Below are positions 45,180 to 59,394 of a stretch of DNA of 64,000 nucleotides, piece after piece. Both the position numbers and the translations under genes were made by a program. The stretch covers positions 1-64,000 of the forward strand of contig JAQGDQ010000385.1 of assembly GCA_030141605.1 (NCBI GenBank), read 5' to 3'. The number at the start of each line of letters is the position of its first letter. The stretch's first letter is position 1. The notes under the pieces are model-generated. The model was not told the origin of the DNA and made no database searches. It saw only the letters and a program-made list of their open reading frames with translations. Source of the stretch: Tubiluchus corallicola. Taxonomy: Eukaryota; Animalia; Priapulida.

Positions 45180-45337
45180 AACCTTGTTAGAACACCTAAT
45201 TATTTTGGCAAAACAAAATGTCTATATTTGCATAGACATGTATTTATTAATGTGCCTTGTTATAATGCCAAAGTCGCTATAACGCTGACTTTTTTGCAGT
45301 CCTTTTATCCCTGTACAAGGTATAAAGAGGTTTGACT
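45180..45337. mobile_element. MITE-like repeat, family copy 2 of 3
   Basis: TTTTGGCAAAACAAAA...TTATAATGCCAAAGTCGC...GGTATAAAGAGGTTTGACT matches 4271-4450 (reverse complement) and 56911-57064. Confidence 0.65.
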
Positions 45338-45869
45338 TTATTCAATAATTTGACTAATCGACTTGAAAGACCAACTGACTTAAATGAATTTACTTGTAAC
45401 TGCATCGTGACTGCTGGTTGCTTGATAATTACATGAGAAGTGCTTGCGCAGCTTAATGCCGAGTCATTTTTATTTGATATTTCATTGCAGAACTAAGGTG
45501 CTAGTTGAAATTTCAACCATATCTGTGGTGTTAGGTGCTTCTCCACTGTAAGTCCATTGTAATTTATATACTGATTGACTAGTTAGCTAGTGGTTTAATT
45601 ATTGTTACTCAATGCTGAGCAAGTCAGTTGGTCTAACTTAATTACATTACGCTTACGTCAGTTACAGCCTTAGGCTTCTGGTGAGCTGTAATATGAATTT
45701 ATTATGAAATGAAGACTAGTTTTTGTAAGCTGTATTAGATCGAGAATTCAGACATGTGTCTGCTTTTTCGCCAAGTTGACTTTTCAGGAATCCTATAATG
45801 TAGCCAGCAACCCATGAAGCCACATTAGTGTTACATCGGCGTGTACATCTGGAGAAAAAAGACACCAGC

Positions 45870-45960
45870 AACGTGAATTACGTCATGATCACATGATAGC
45901 AGTTAGAACTGTGATTGGATGCTAGCTCTGTGACCTTTTGCGGCCCTTCGCCATTTTGGC
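45870..45960 (+). promoter_or_regulatory. Putative TATA-less core promoter of the ZFP64-like gene
   Basis: Clustered TTACGTCA (CRE-like, 45878), TCACATGA (E-box, 45889), ATTGG (reverse CCAAT, 45914) and CGCCATTTT (YY1, 45949) in a CpG-enriched patch ~200-280 bp before the ATG. Confidence 0.55.
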
Positions 45961-46151
45961 CCCGAAGCTGCGTCATTTTGACTTATCCGAGATCAGTAAT
46001 TCTTGAAAATAAAGCTGCTTGTTAAAAAAAGCTACAGCAACTTGACTGTTTTTACCAGGCATCGTTTTGTTATCATTACTCATTGTGCGGCTGCATCGCG
46101 TACCATTGCATTGGGCAGGTGGAATTCGTTGTGTATTCTACAAATCACGCG

Positions 46152-49100
46152 ATGTGTAAGTAAATAATTGTCATGTGTTAATACTGTAACCGGGCGCCTC
46201 TAAACTGTGCCAGGGCGCTTGTAGGCCAGAGCTGAGTATTATTAGAAAGTAAGGCCAGGACGAAGAATTAGAGCTTTTGACAGTGTTATGCTTTGCTCCC
46301 ATACAAGCTAATAATATTAGAAATGTTGTTACAGATAACCGTCACGTTAAAATGTTTATTTTACTTTTAGATGCTAATGTCCAGTAATGATGTAAATGTT
46401 GAGCACAGTTTTTTTATACGAAAGATTGCTCCTACTAAGTAGCACGAATATTTTAAATTTAAAGCAAGTATTTTGACACTACCATTTCCTTTTGTATGTC
46501 AGTGATATCCAATTCCACTGAAACATTCAGCTTGTAATATGTTTGCTGATGAGTCATTAGTGCTGTCCCGTTACCATGAGCTTGTAGGGAAGAGCCCAAT
46601 GTTGTACAGTTACTAACAACAGACTGGGTCTTAAAAGCAACCTGGGCGTCCTTCACTTACTAGGTCGGCCCATTATTTACTAAGGGAGCTTTGGCGACTC
46701 ATAATGATCATTTACCGAAACAGGCCCCACGTTAGATTAAAACCATCTGAAACCGGGTCAAATATCAAAAGAGTCGAAAACTCTGACGGTACTGCACTTC
46801 TGATGGGTATGTTTATTGATTTCTAAGAAAAATGCCTGTTTTTGTTAACTTTATCAGTGCTTAGATTTAGGGAAATGATTGCCACAGCAAGTATTGCTTC
46901 ATAGTTCATCAGCTGTCTCGATGTTATTTCCACCTGTTTCATGTAATTCAGGCCCCTATGTGTAATAAAATTATTTAAATTTTCCTATGTAAAACCATCT
47001 AACTTTCTAAAACCATCCGTTATTTTAGTGTTCTGGCTATTATTTGTCGTATGCAAATCCATCATCCAGTTCTGAAAGTGGATCAACAGGATATCCCTTT
47101 TGTCTTCAGGCAATCAGCAGTTTCCACCGTTTTTCACCCATGTTAGTCACAAAATTTATACCCCTGTTGTATAGTACTTCTGCTTGAGCAAGAAAGCAAA
47201 ATGCTCTAATCTGCAGCCACCTATGACAGTACATAGATCTGGATAACAATATCTATTTCCTGACATCACTTTTATTTATGTATCACAACGTGCAGCATTT
47301 ACCTAGAAGTAGGCTATATTTCTACTGCTCAGTAATTATAATGACATGTCAGGGGAGATCTTTTGATATTTAGTAGAAAATTCTAGAGGTAGCATCAGGA
47401 GTTTTCCATGACAATTTTTACAGCATTTTTTATCCAGCTAACTGGCCCACTTTTTACCCACCCGCCTTAGCCCACCAGGCATTGCCCAAATACTGTTGAC
47501 CGTTATGCATTGCAGATATAGAAATTACAGAAATAAGTACAAATTATTCTATAAAATTCACCTGACAATGGTAAAATCCATCCATTAGTTGTGATCAAAT
47601 CCACAGAAGGAAGAGATCAAACTTGGAAAACTGGTGAAAATGTGTTACAGTTTTAGTGACTTTTAGTTGCATCTCACAAATTACAGAAGTGCTGAAAAGT
47701 GGGACTCTCAAAATAACAAAGGGGTTTGGGGTTGAGAACTGCAGATTCTCCTTTAACTAGTGACGGCTAGAGTCCTTGAATTTTGATGCTGTTTGAAAGT
47801 CTTTTAGAAATTTAAATTACCATTTCATTTATATAAGAAAAATGTGGATAACTAAATCTCATGAATAAACTAAATTGTGTTATTGGTATTAATTTTCAAT
47901 GGATAATTATTGGTATTAATTTTTAACAGATAAACAAGCAGAAAAGGATATTCACATCTGTGGAACATGCAAAGTTCAGTTTAATGATGTTCAATTGTTT
48001 ATCTTACATAAGAGAGAAAATTGCTTAGGAGTTACGCAAGACAAATCAGCAAAGGTAATTAACTAGAAAAATACGTTTTCACCGATTTGTACTTTATAAA
48101 TGTAGATTCATATAATGCACTAAAGATTTCTTCTCCATAATCCTATCTGTGAACCATTTAAAATAAGCACAAGCAAAACAACTATAGATTAGCCGTGTAT
48201 CAAAGTATTTTTGCACCGGATAACCTCCTTATTCTGCATCCGTTATACTTTCTACAAAGACTACAATGACTTTGCGACATTGACTTTGTGACTTTGATAC
48301 AATTTGTACAGCACGTTGTGTATATGTCAAATTTACATGAAAATTGTCTTTTAGAACCAAGAAACTAATTCAAAAAATGAATCAGCTATGCCAGATATGG
48401 CTGCTGCAGTTACTCCTGTATCAGTTGCTAAGAATAATTATACTTCCGGAAAGCAATCTGTTCATGGTAAAGTACTTCATCCACAGTCTGCGTCTGGTCA
48501 GCTGTTGACTGCATTAGAGGTAAGTTACTTCTGTTATTCTGTGGTAATCGATAATCTTATTCATCGTGCTATTGTTAACCATTTAATTCCTATAAAAGTA
48601 AATTAAAATCTTTGCATTATTTCTTTGGCAAATTTCATCTTCTTGTATTTTTGTGTATCGTATAGTTTATGTGTTGTGGAAATCTTGCACAAATCATAGG
48701 CCTATGTAAAAACATGTAGCAGCCACTGTGAGCCATCTTGCCAATGCACAGTGACGTCATTCCATAGCATTCATATGAATTCTTCATTTTTTTAAAAAAA
48801 CTTGTTTTAACTGAAGCTGATCTAACTAGCTGCACTGTCTAATAAATGTAGTCATTTTAGTTCATGATAATTTTATTCAAACTGTCACAAATCTAATACG
48901 TGAGCATGTATCAGAAACAAAAGTAAAGAGTTAAGTGGTACATATTGTTGTGTTTTTGCTATCTGCAGTTTAATCTTTTGACTAAATTGGTTTGCTGTTA
49001 GTTCTTCACATTTTTAGTTCATATAAAAATTTAAAAAAATTTGTTTTTGTCTTTTATAGATAATGTCTGTTGACAACAATGATCTGAATAAAGGGACAGC

Positions 49101-52100
49101 AAAGGAAAATTTTCATGCTACTGTTCCGGAAATGCTGTCTTGTAAGTCAAACACTCGGGGCTTTCTCTTAAGTTAATACAAGAGCGCATAAGACAACATT
49201 ATAAGTTTCTTATGTTTGCTTTTATATCATGTGGGGGGTACGTATTTTTGTACATATCTCTATAATTAGAAGGCTTGAAAAAGACTGACAGGAACCCATC
49301 ATAAGTTCATAGAGTGTATGTAAAGCTACTGAAGTTAGCATTTGGTGAAACTTAAGTGCTGTGTGCTAGTTAATTTTTAGGCAAATGCTTCTTGTAAACA
49401 TTCACGAAAGAAATTACTTCGTTTTTTCTTAGCGGGATCATTAGTATTATTACCAGAAGCATCGCAGTCTGGAATAAAAGGCATTAAGCCTAAAGGTGAG
49501 TTTTAAAATTATTTGTTACAAAAATAATTTAGTTCATATAAATCAATAAATATGCATTATTTTTAACTGCTGAAACTTAATAGTACTTAATAAACATGTT
49601 TTTTATGCTAGGTGTATGTGACTTAACAATTTATTATAAATAATGCTGAGCACACTGTAAAAGAGACACTTGTGTGGAACTCATTAAGTTTTATTGATAA
49701 CAATGTCATTATTAGTGCTGAACAAAATAGATATTTTCAAATGTATACACAAAAAAATTCAGAAATTCTGCTTAATGTGCTGCATTTTGATTGCCATTTT
49801 TCTCAGACCTTTGTAATTATACTTGCTAACTAAGTGTATACTTCCATTTTACTGTAAAATATTACAAGTATTTATATTATTGAGATAATTTTTTTCTGAT
49901 TTTTGCAACAAACGCCATAGAAACTGCAACAGTGGCACCAAGAGAGAAGGTTTTTCGGTGTCCTGAGCAAGGTTGTAATTTCATCACGGCATTCAATAAA
50001 GACCTTGTACGTCATCACAGAACTCATACAGGTGAAAAGCCTTTCTCTTGCGGGCTATGTGGAAGAAAGTTTTCACGGTAAATAAACTTTTATTAATTAG
50101 ATAGAAAATAAATAAAAATGTTTTAGTCATACTGCCAGCTTTGCATAATAATGTAATCCCAGGTGTAATCTTAGCAGTCACAGGTGTACTCTTTTGCCAT
50201 CGTAGGCATTTTCCTCAGAAAACTACAAAGGCTGTGGACATGTTAGATGATAAGATACCAAGAGCAGTTAGTGAAATTTGATGATGAGTCAACGTTTTTA
50301 TTAGTTGTATTAATTTAGTCCGTAAGCAAAATGTTGTAGCAAAATTTGTCACCGTACCGTGATTATTAAATAAATATTGACTGGATATTCACTGGAAACC
50401 TATCATGCTGGTTAGTCAGGAAAAGTGGTTAGCATAACTCAAGTACAGTGGCCGCCGCTTATTGTGGACACCTCGGGCCAGCAGTGTATGTCCATATTAA
50501 GCGAAGTGACCCATGAAGACCCTTCTCCTTCATTAAAAAAGGCAAAAAACTGTCTGTATCAACTCGTCTCCTGTTTTATTGAAAAAAAGAAGTCAGACGA
50601 GTTTGTTTGGCAGGAAACTTTTCTCTCAACCTTGAACGGAAGGAAGTTATCACCGTTTCGAAGCTCTCAAGGCCACGGCAAACGGCGAACTGACTGATGC
50701 AATGACTTACACAGGCAGCAGAGCGGGAAGCTCTTTTCAATCACGCGCGCAGGCCGTGGTTGGCACGGCTGGTTCACGTGCCAAGAATGTTCGCTGTCCA
50801 TATTAAGCGGCGGTTGTCCATATTAACCGGCGGATTTTATTAGGGGAAAATTCCGTCCCTCGCGAGTTGTCCACAATAACCGGCTGTCCACAATAACCGT
50901 GTCCATAATAAGCGGCGGCCACTGTAATGGAAAAAGGTTTGAATACTTATAAATCTACTTCTCATATTTTATAGGTACTGTCTTCCAAATCTCTGTTTCT
51001 TTAGAAAATGTTTTGTCTTAAGGGAGAATTTTTTTCTCGTTCTTTCTTGGGTTTGTGTTTAATCTTCTCTGAGACTAAAGTTTGTTTTTAGTCATTATTT
51101 ATGTCACAGATGTTGAACTATACATTTGCAACTGAACAGCTGTGAAAACAAGTTAACGTTACTGAAGTATGAAGAGTATTTTAAAACTGTAGTAGAATGC
51201 TGGAATGCTGATCAGTGCAATTTAGGATTGAGTTTTAATATAAAACGCTTGCACAATAATTGACAATGCTACAATAATTCATTAATTAAGTTGAAAACTG
51301 AGCTGGTATTCTAGTCAAAGTTCAATTGTTGATGTATTTAGTGTCAATGTATTTATTTTCATAATTTTGTGCTTTTCTTAATTCCAGGTCTGACAAACTG
51401 AAAATACACATGAGGTATCATGATGGAAGTAAACCATACACCTGTAATGAATGTAAGCATGTTGTAACAGATTTTATTTCTTCTTTTATTGTGACCATTT
51501 GTCAGTTTTAGGAGTTAAATTTAAAATAATTTGATTGATAGTAGTAGCGACAACAATATAAAAAATAAAAATAGTTTTCAGTTCAAGTTGGATTTAGATT
51601 AATAACTCAAACTTAAGTTTTCCTGATTGGAACAGGTGCTTATTTAGCTGTCTTCCACGTATAACTTATTTGGAAGCTTCCATGTCGCATAACAAGGTTC
51701 ATCTTAGGTGAGATGTTTTTAAATAAATTTAGTGAATTAACAAAGTTTGATTTCGTACAGCAGAGGTGGATTATCCATTAGGCATACCGTGCATGTGCTA
51801 TTGGCCATGAAGCTTTAGTGGCCACCAGACTGTAGGCCAAATTGAGTAGTAAATTGTAGCAAAAAGTAAATAACTCAGTGTGAGTAGTTTATATTTTCTA
51901 ATTGGTCATAATGTATTGTTGCTGTTTTTGAGATATCGTTAACTAATAAATTTACATGCATTTGTTTCTTTCAGGTTCTTATTCATGCGTAGATAATGGA
52001 AGTTTAAAGAAACACATGAGAATTCATACAGGAGAAAGACCTTTCAAGTAATCATAATTTTTCATTCTGAATCCTAGTTATTGAAAGAGTAATGAGTTAT

Positions 52101-55100
52101 TCACTTTAATTAGCTTTTGCTTTTATTTTTTTATAGTTGCAATTGCACAAATTCTCTGGTTTCTTATTATTTAAACTATTGTCACTAATGCACATTTGCT
52201 GTTTAGTTTTAAATAATCATCTCATCGATTGCAAAAATGAGCCATGAGTCACTAGGTGCCAATCAACGTTCCTCACCTGTAAATCTGTATACCTGATTTT
52301 ATCACTAGAAAGTGAATAATAAACTAGAAAGAAATTTTTAAATGAATGAGAAATCACAATCATTGTGCAATAAAAGTCACTGAATTGAAGGAGAGTTTGC
52401 AAATATTTGATTTTTTTATTATTTTCCAAGTTACTTGCTTAGAGTTGGAAAAAATTCTTGTTTATGTAAACTAATTTGTAAATTGTAAAAAATTTTCTAA
52501 AAACTATAAAGTGTCTGTGTATCAAAGCATCGTGTTACAAGTGTGTGCACGCAGTAGCATTAGCTGGCGGATCAATTTACCTTTACTACTTCAAATCTGC
52601 CGTAACCATAAAGAAAATTTTTTAGACTTTACAAGTTAATTAAGTGAAGCTAGCAATTGCTACAAGTCTGCAACTCAATGAGATCTTGTGAGAGATTGCA
52701 TTTCTCTTCTTAATGGATGAAAAAATTACTCGGAAACCACAATGTAGCGTAACCGAAAAGTTCATCCTCTCCAAATGTTTTACTGTACTCATCTAACAGC
52801 ATTAATTAAGAAATCTTGGTAACTCTGGCAGTTTATCTTTTAGACAAATTTTGACGTATTATTAAAATTCTGGTTTCTTAAAATTAGATTATTTCAATGA
52901 TTGTCATTTACTGTCAGAAGTATGATTTGAACACGCTGTTACAATTTCGCTTTTTGCATGCTCACGATAATGTCTTGTGTGTAAACATAGTCACGTAACT
53001 GTCAGGTGTGTAGTTTGCCACAGTGATTTTGTTTACACATGAAAATAGAATGGAAGTGAAACTGTAACAGGGTGTATTTCTTGGCCCATCTTATCCTGCA
53101 GATCTTTAACAGGTACTAATTGTAAGTATGCTGTTCTGTTATTTTTTATTATTTCAAAAGCCATTTTTATAATAGTGCTGGTATGTCTAAGGTAGAGTGA
53201 TGATGTTAAGTGATAATACTTGTAATACTGTTTATCTCATCATCTTCCGATGGTCGAATGCAATGTAATAAAAATAAATGTTAAAGACAGAATATTTGCC
53301 ACCATTATTTATTCTGACAGTATTATGCGTACTCATCCTTCCTCAGTGGTGTTTTTATGGCTGTTATGCCTTGCATTTGGGTATTTAGCTTCATTTTCTA
53401 AGCTAGAAAACAAAGCATTAAATGGTATAAGCACATTTTGGGCCAATCGTTCTAACAATGTCAGCTAAAAATGTGATTTTAGTTGTTGTTAGTGTAGATA
53501 CTGTTTACATAATACACGCTTAAATCACCTAGGTTTAATGATGTAAAATAAAAAACATTGAAATAAACCATCAATGCTAATGGAATGAGGCTTGCAAATT
53601 TGGCTTGGTTGAACAGAGATGGCAACCGTTATGAGGTTATTTTTGTTGTGTTCTGGTGCTAACAGAATCATTACAACTACGTTGTTTTTAGGTGCCAAAT
53701 GTGTTCCTATACCTGCCGCAACTCTGGTCAACTGACTGTACATCTTCGAACTCATACGGGAGACTGCCCATTCATGTGCACACACTGTCCATCTAAATTC
53801 AAAATCAAGTCAGATCTGAAACGGCACCTGCGAAGCCATACTAAAGAGAAGCCATTTAAATGTCCACACTGTAATTACTCTTGTGCTGTTAAAGGTAAGA
53901 AAGCAATATGTTTTCATTTCTCATGAAGGATGTAGTTTTAGTGATCAATTTTTACAGTGATTACGATTATTATTGCAGCATATTCAGTATGTCTAGCGAT
54001 CGGTCCTCTTGTTTGCACGTTTTATCTAGCACCACATAAACTTCTAACAGTGAATTTAGTTCTCCACATTAAAGTCAAGTCAAGCTTCACACCAGCTGTC
54101 TGTTGTTGCATGAATTGGATGCATGTGTAACTCCTATAGAGGTTTAGGTGCATGATTGACTGATTTTAAAATATTTGAAGCTTTTCTTGACCAACATGAA
54201 AGGTGGTTATTGTCTGATAGGAAATACTTGGAGAAATATTTAAAAAAAATGAAAAATTAAATATCAGGTGGAAATTTTTAAATTTTAGTAAACCAATCAA
54301 ATGGATTGCTCTGTATTTTTATTTCTTACCATTCAGCCTTGGTTTTAACTGTAGCAGGTAAGTTATTTTACTGTATATAATTGCATTTGTATTTGTTTAT
54401 TTGCCATTAACATTGTTTTTGCTTTTTTAGGAAACCTGAATAGCCATATTAAATTGAATCACAGTGCTGCAGAATTACATAATTGTAAAGACTGTGAATT
54501 TCAAACACCGTCACGCAAGGTACTTCGACATCACGTGAGGAATACACATACGAAATCATACGAACTCTGGTGCACAGACTGTGAACACGGCTGTTCAACA
54601 CCTCATCAGTTAAAACTTCATTCCAGAGTGCATTCTCAAGAAAAACCGTACAAATGCATAGAGTGTGGCTACGCGACTAAGCATCCGGGCAATCTCAGAG
54701 CTCACAAGAAGAAACGTCATGAAAATGTTGACAAACCAGAGGTGGAAGCTGCAGAGAAACCAAAGAAAAGCTTACCAGCTATGGTTGCTAAGGAGTATGT
54801 TTGCAGTATATGCAACAGTGACTTTGTCAGAGAAGATTCATTGCGTAGTCACATGAGATTCCATAGGGAGTTACAGTTGCAAGCTGAGCAGTCGTCGACT
54901 AATGCAGCCCTTACAGTCCTTCAAATGACTCAGTCAGTTTCTTCTAAAACCACTGCTAAGGGAAACTGCAGTTCTGGCGGTACCAACTTGTTGAATAATA
55001 TTGACCATCGACACCGTAGCAGGCAAACATCTCATCAGCAAGCTATGGCCAATGCAGCTGCCTTTGCTGAAAATCATCAAAATCTTGCTGTGGAACACAA

Positions 55101-55782
55101 TCGACAAAACTTGGAGGCAGAACGGCAACCTGTAAGACATTCAGCTTTTGCACCTCCAACGAGTATAAGCCACATACAGGTTTCAAACTGTAATTATGTA
55201 CCACAGCCTCCTATAACAATTAATGAAGGTGGTCAGCACTTTTCTGACTCTAATGATGTTCGCATTTTATTCAAAGATGGAAGTGAGGCTTTTTCTGGCA
55301 GACCTATTACACGGCTGATTACAGGTGATATTAATCAAGTTATTCCAACTTTAGTGACGCAGCCTGGTACTTTAAGAACGGTAGACAGCCAAACTTTTAT
55401 ACTTCATACAGCCGACAGTAATCCAGTTACGCTAGAGGTGCCTAGTTATCCCGGAATGAGTAATCACGGCATGGTCCAAGTTATAAGTGAATCAACGAAT
55501 GTAATTTTGCCAAAAATTGTTGTCTCCAATCAACCCGAACAGGTAGTTTATCAGTTTGGACCTCCACAAGGTGAAAATGTGTTACATGCCATTCCATTTC
55601 ATGCAAGTTTTCATGGGGATGGTGTGTTGGCTTCTTCTGTACAACTTGAGAACGGTGCACTACATATAGCTGATTCAGACCTACAGTCGGGTACTAGCCA
55701 AAATGTTAATTCTCAAGCAAATGAAGTTATTTCTTCAGTAGTGAAAGGGCAGACGGGAAATTCACTTGCTGGGAGTAGTTAG
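46152..55782 (+). CDS. ZFP64: ZFP64-like C2H2 zinc-finger transcription factor, ~762 aa, with an N-terminal C2HC motif and 10 C2H2 fingers
   Basis: Exons 46152-46155, 47930-48054, 48355-48519, 49060-49141, 49433-49495, 49921-50077, 51388-51452, 51975-52047, 53692-53894, 54431-55782. N-terminal DIHICGTCKVQFNDVQLFILHKRENC and fingers containing FSRSDKLKIHMR, SLKKHMRIH, RNSGQLTVHLRTHTGD, KFKIKSDLKRH and FVREDSLRSH match ZFP64. The 4-nt first coding exon is less certain. Confidence 0.88.
50446..50924. mobile_element. Complete Tc1/mariner (pogo-like) MITE in ZFP64-like intron 6
   Basis: Near-perfect ~27-bp TIRs CAGTGGCCGCCGCTTATT(G/A)TGGACAC, TA TSD on both sides, and subterminal GTCCA(C/T)A(A/T)TAA repeats. 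Confidence 0.93.
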
Positions 55783-56910
55783 TACAAATCTGATAAAGTG
55801 AAGAGTCTCTTTTGAAGTGTATTGCTTTCATGGCAGACTCTGTTGGAGTTTTGCATTTCAGCAGCTCACTGGGTATGTCAAGGACTACTGGGACTTTACA
55901 CCTGCTCCAATAGCACATCTAAGTGAGTGAATGCCAGAATGTGCCATGCATATACAAGTTATTCTTAGCTATCACCAAAATCACCTTGGCAGATCGGTGT
56001 GTTGCTTTGCACAAAGTGTAATGTGCTTGAAAAATGGATAAATTTTGGACTGTGGTGTATTCAATACTGCAGTTATTCATATGCTGTAGCGACTTTGGCT
56101 CTCCTATGTCCGTGGTGAATGGCTCTTTGATCATATACGTAACACATATGATCCTGATGACACATGGCTGGCTTTTTTAGCAGTTGATTCTACATTTGGA
56201 GCAGTATAGAGCTTTTTCAAATGCACTTGTTAAGGACAAGGTTGCACACTATGCAGAAAAGAGAGAAATGAATTCAAGTTCTTCAACACATACCATCTAC
56301 AATGCTACCCATAAAATTAATGGTGAAATTGTTTCACATAAAATAAATGTGGATTTTTATATGCTTTTGAATGAGAAAAATTATTTATGCAGGCCTGTGA
56401 TTTTTTTCCTTCCCTTTCTTTATATTAGAAATCATTCTAATTCTGTGAAAATGGGACGTAGGAGAAGTTTATTTAAAATTGGGTTTAGTAAAATCGTAAA
56501 AGGTGCTTGGAGCTAATGTAGTACCTCACTTTAGCAGTTATTTTCTTTGAATTCTGCTTACTGTCAGTATGCTTAATTGTATAACTGTCTTATTACAATT
56601 GTACTGCATTGTTAAGAATTTTTATTCCTGTAAGTCACTCAGTGGTCTGCTGTTACAGTACATGAGATGAGAACAGCTTGCTTTTTATAGGATCTAGTGT
56701 AGCTTTATCATGTTTTTGTTGCTTAGTTTAGTTATGCTATCATAAACGGTTGTGATTTTCATATTGTTGTATGGAAACCCTGGGCTTTCAAATAAAGTTT
56801 ATATAAGCATTTTTTCATTAATTAATAATTACTAATAGTTATTATAGTTATAATTATACTAATATACCTCCAAGGTGCAAGGCATAATTTGCTTTTTAAT
56901 GTTATAACAT

Positions 56911-57064
56911 TACAGTCAAACCTCCTGTATTTTTGGCAGGACAAAATGATATATATATATTATATATTTCTCAAACATGTATGTACCTCATTATAATGCC
57001 AAACTCACTTAATGCCAACTTTTCTCTGCATTCCCAAAGTATGTGGTATAAAGAGAACTGACTA
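56911..57064. mobile_element. MITE-like repeat, family copy 3 of 3 (internally shortened)
   Basis: TA-CAGTCAAACCTC at the left, GGTATAAAGAGAACTGACTA at the right, and a 33-bp exact match to 4317-4349 (reverse complement). Confidence 0.7.
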
Positions 57065-57087
57065 ATAAATTATTTTGTTAACAGAAT

Positions 57088-57124
57088 TATAATAATAACA
57101 AATATAATAATAATAATAATAATG

Positions 57125-57219
<95 letters not shown>

Positions 57220-57244
57220 CATTATTATTATTATTATTATTACT
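57088..57244. repeat. (AAT)n-(ATT)n inverted microsatellite
   Basis: The AAT run switches directly to an ATT run at 57167/57168. Confidence 0.95.
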
Positions 57245-58091
57245 ATGATCATCAACATCATTAATATTATCATGATTGTTAGAGACCAAATAACATTATA
57301 GGCCTATAATTGTATATGTAAGTGTAATTATAAAGAAAAACGAATGACAGGCCTTAACACAAATGCTGCATTTCTCTCCCGTTTGCTTCTCAGCGTGGAA
57401 TATTCCAAGGGAAAAAATGATTGTTCTTATTCAGGCGACGAATGACAACGCTTTGTGCTCATGCAGTGGGCAATGAAACTTATTTAACAACTGCCTTGAA
57501 ATTAGTCTGCCTGTGGTAATGACGTGTGATGGAGTTCATTGCCGTTATATATATGACCTGCAGTGTGAAGCGAAATGACTTTTCTGCTCTGTCTAATAAC
57601 CAACTCTCGGCCATGTTCCGATTTGTAATTGAAACACTTTAGGGTAGTTCTCTATTAACTCTGTCAATAATATGCCATCTCTTTTCTATTTCCCGTCTGG
57701 TTCCGCTCGTTTTATGTTAGACGTGATCTGAAATTCATAAAGACATTGTACGAACGCAGTTGCTTTGATACACACAATCGAAGTTAAGTGGTTGATACAC
57801 TGAGCGCAAGTATTATTAACTGGTGAACCGTGCCGCGTGTTATTTTCACGTTTTAAAATGACGGCGGCTTAACAGGAATAAAGATGAAAATCATGCAACC
57901 GACATTTTGTAGAAATGTTTCGCAAACTTCGATAATATTACATGTAATTGTTGATAGGTATAAAAAGTTACCTATGCAGCATGCTAAATATAAGTATAAT
58001 TTTCTATTTTACCCGTATACATAATACAATGTATTGTATATCTAGACAATAATACAATGCCTATACTTCGTGTCACACGGTAACCTGTACG

Positions 58092-58328
58092 CAGGGCCTA
58101 TTTCAAGGGGGGAAGTGGGGATACTTTCCCGGGGCCTCACCCTCTAGGTGGGCCTCGCGTCAAGGTAACATTTTTTTGCTTTATGTGAACCTACCGCCTT
58201 CTCTCTCTCTCTCTCTCTCTCTCCCTCTCTCTCTCGGCGCCCGCCCCGGTGCTTTGCCACCCCCCCCCCCCCATGGGGCATCACACGCCCCACTTTCCCG
58301 GGCCTCGCCTAGGCTGAAATAGGCCCTG
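58092..58328. mobile_element. Short non-autonomous hAT-type MITE
   Basis: Perfect 14-bp TIRs CAGGGCCTATTTCA / TGAAATAGGCCCTG; perfect 8-bp TSD CCTGTACG (58084-58091, 58329-58336); GC-rich interior with GGGCCTC repeats and (CT)n. Confidence 0.93.
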
Positions 58329-59394
58329 CCTGTACGTTGCAGTATAGAGCCCTAATAAAATTGACATGCACCTCGCACTACACAGGCCTAACTACAGGTC
58401 TAGGCCTTAATGTCCTTTGTCTACTTGATGCCGCATGCATTATGCCTTGATATAACAGACTCCATGTCTCATACATTCTCTCATATTGTACAACTACATC
58501 AGCCTCAAAACTAAACCAAAATACAACCCAAACATTTTAGTGTAGCTGAAAATCGACGTAGAACAGTGTCAACGTAATTATAACTAAAATTTGTAGTATT
58601 CGTACAGATCATTGCATTCTACAGATTCTTAGAAATTTCGTTTTGCAGTGAATAAATTGTTGAGTTAGCAGGCCAGTTGAAGCCATTAATTTAGTGATAA
58701 CCGCGTTAAACAAGGCAAACTATAGTTGCAGCCATTCACGTTTTGTATACAGATGTCTGACGTTATTGTAATACATAGTCTAGTACTAGAGATCATCTTG
58801 TTGCGACATGGGAGTTTTCCAGGGACAGCTTGGGGTAGTATTTCTTCATAGATGTCATGATGTGGCAGAAAATTATCAGTGTCGCAAGATTAATGAGTGG
58901 CGTATCAAATAATTTCTTGCAATAATCACAGAGAAGAAGCATTCCATTACGAAATGGATTTTATCATTTGCTGCGTATGTGTTTGCGTTTGTATGTATGT
59001 GTATGTATCATTGTATGCGTTTCAACAGTGACTTGTGTTTTTTCATGCTCTTCTGAAGAGCCTATCTTTTATCACAGGAATAACAAGCAAAACCAGACTA
59101 AAACGATAACCAAAGACCTATGATAATTTGAGCAAGACATGACACCTTACCAAGCTACATTTAGTTGTCACTTCACACTGAGTACATTGAAACGATGACA
59201 TTTTCACTACTTCTAAATGGATATTTTGTAATCTTATATTCTCAAACTTACATTCGAAAGTATAGTATTTCGATTTTTGGTTCGCCTTGCATAGATAAAA
59301 CATGATTCGGTGATTTCGGAATTCAAAAGCTAGCGCTGCCATGTTCAAGCGACGACCTCTTAATTACCTTTGCGGTTGTAACTACAAAAGACCT

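Noticed and set aside
57062-57289. Poly-N/Y and poly-I ORFs (also poly-T/G ORFs at 18721-19038)
   Set aside because: Trinucleotide microsatellite artefacts.
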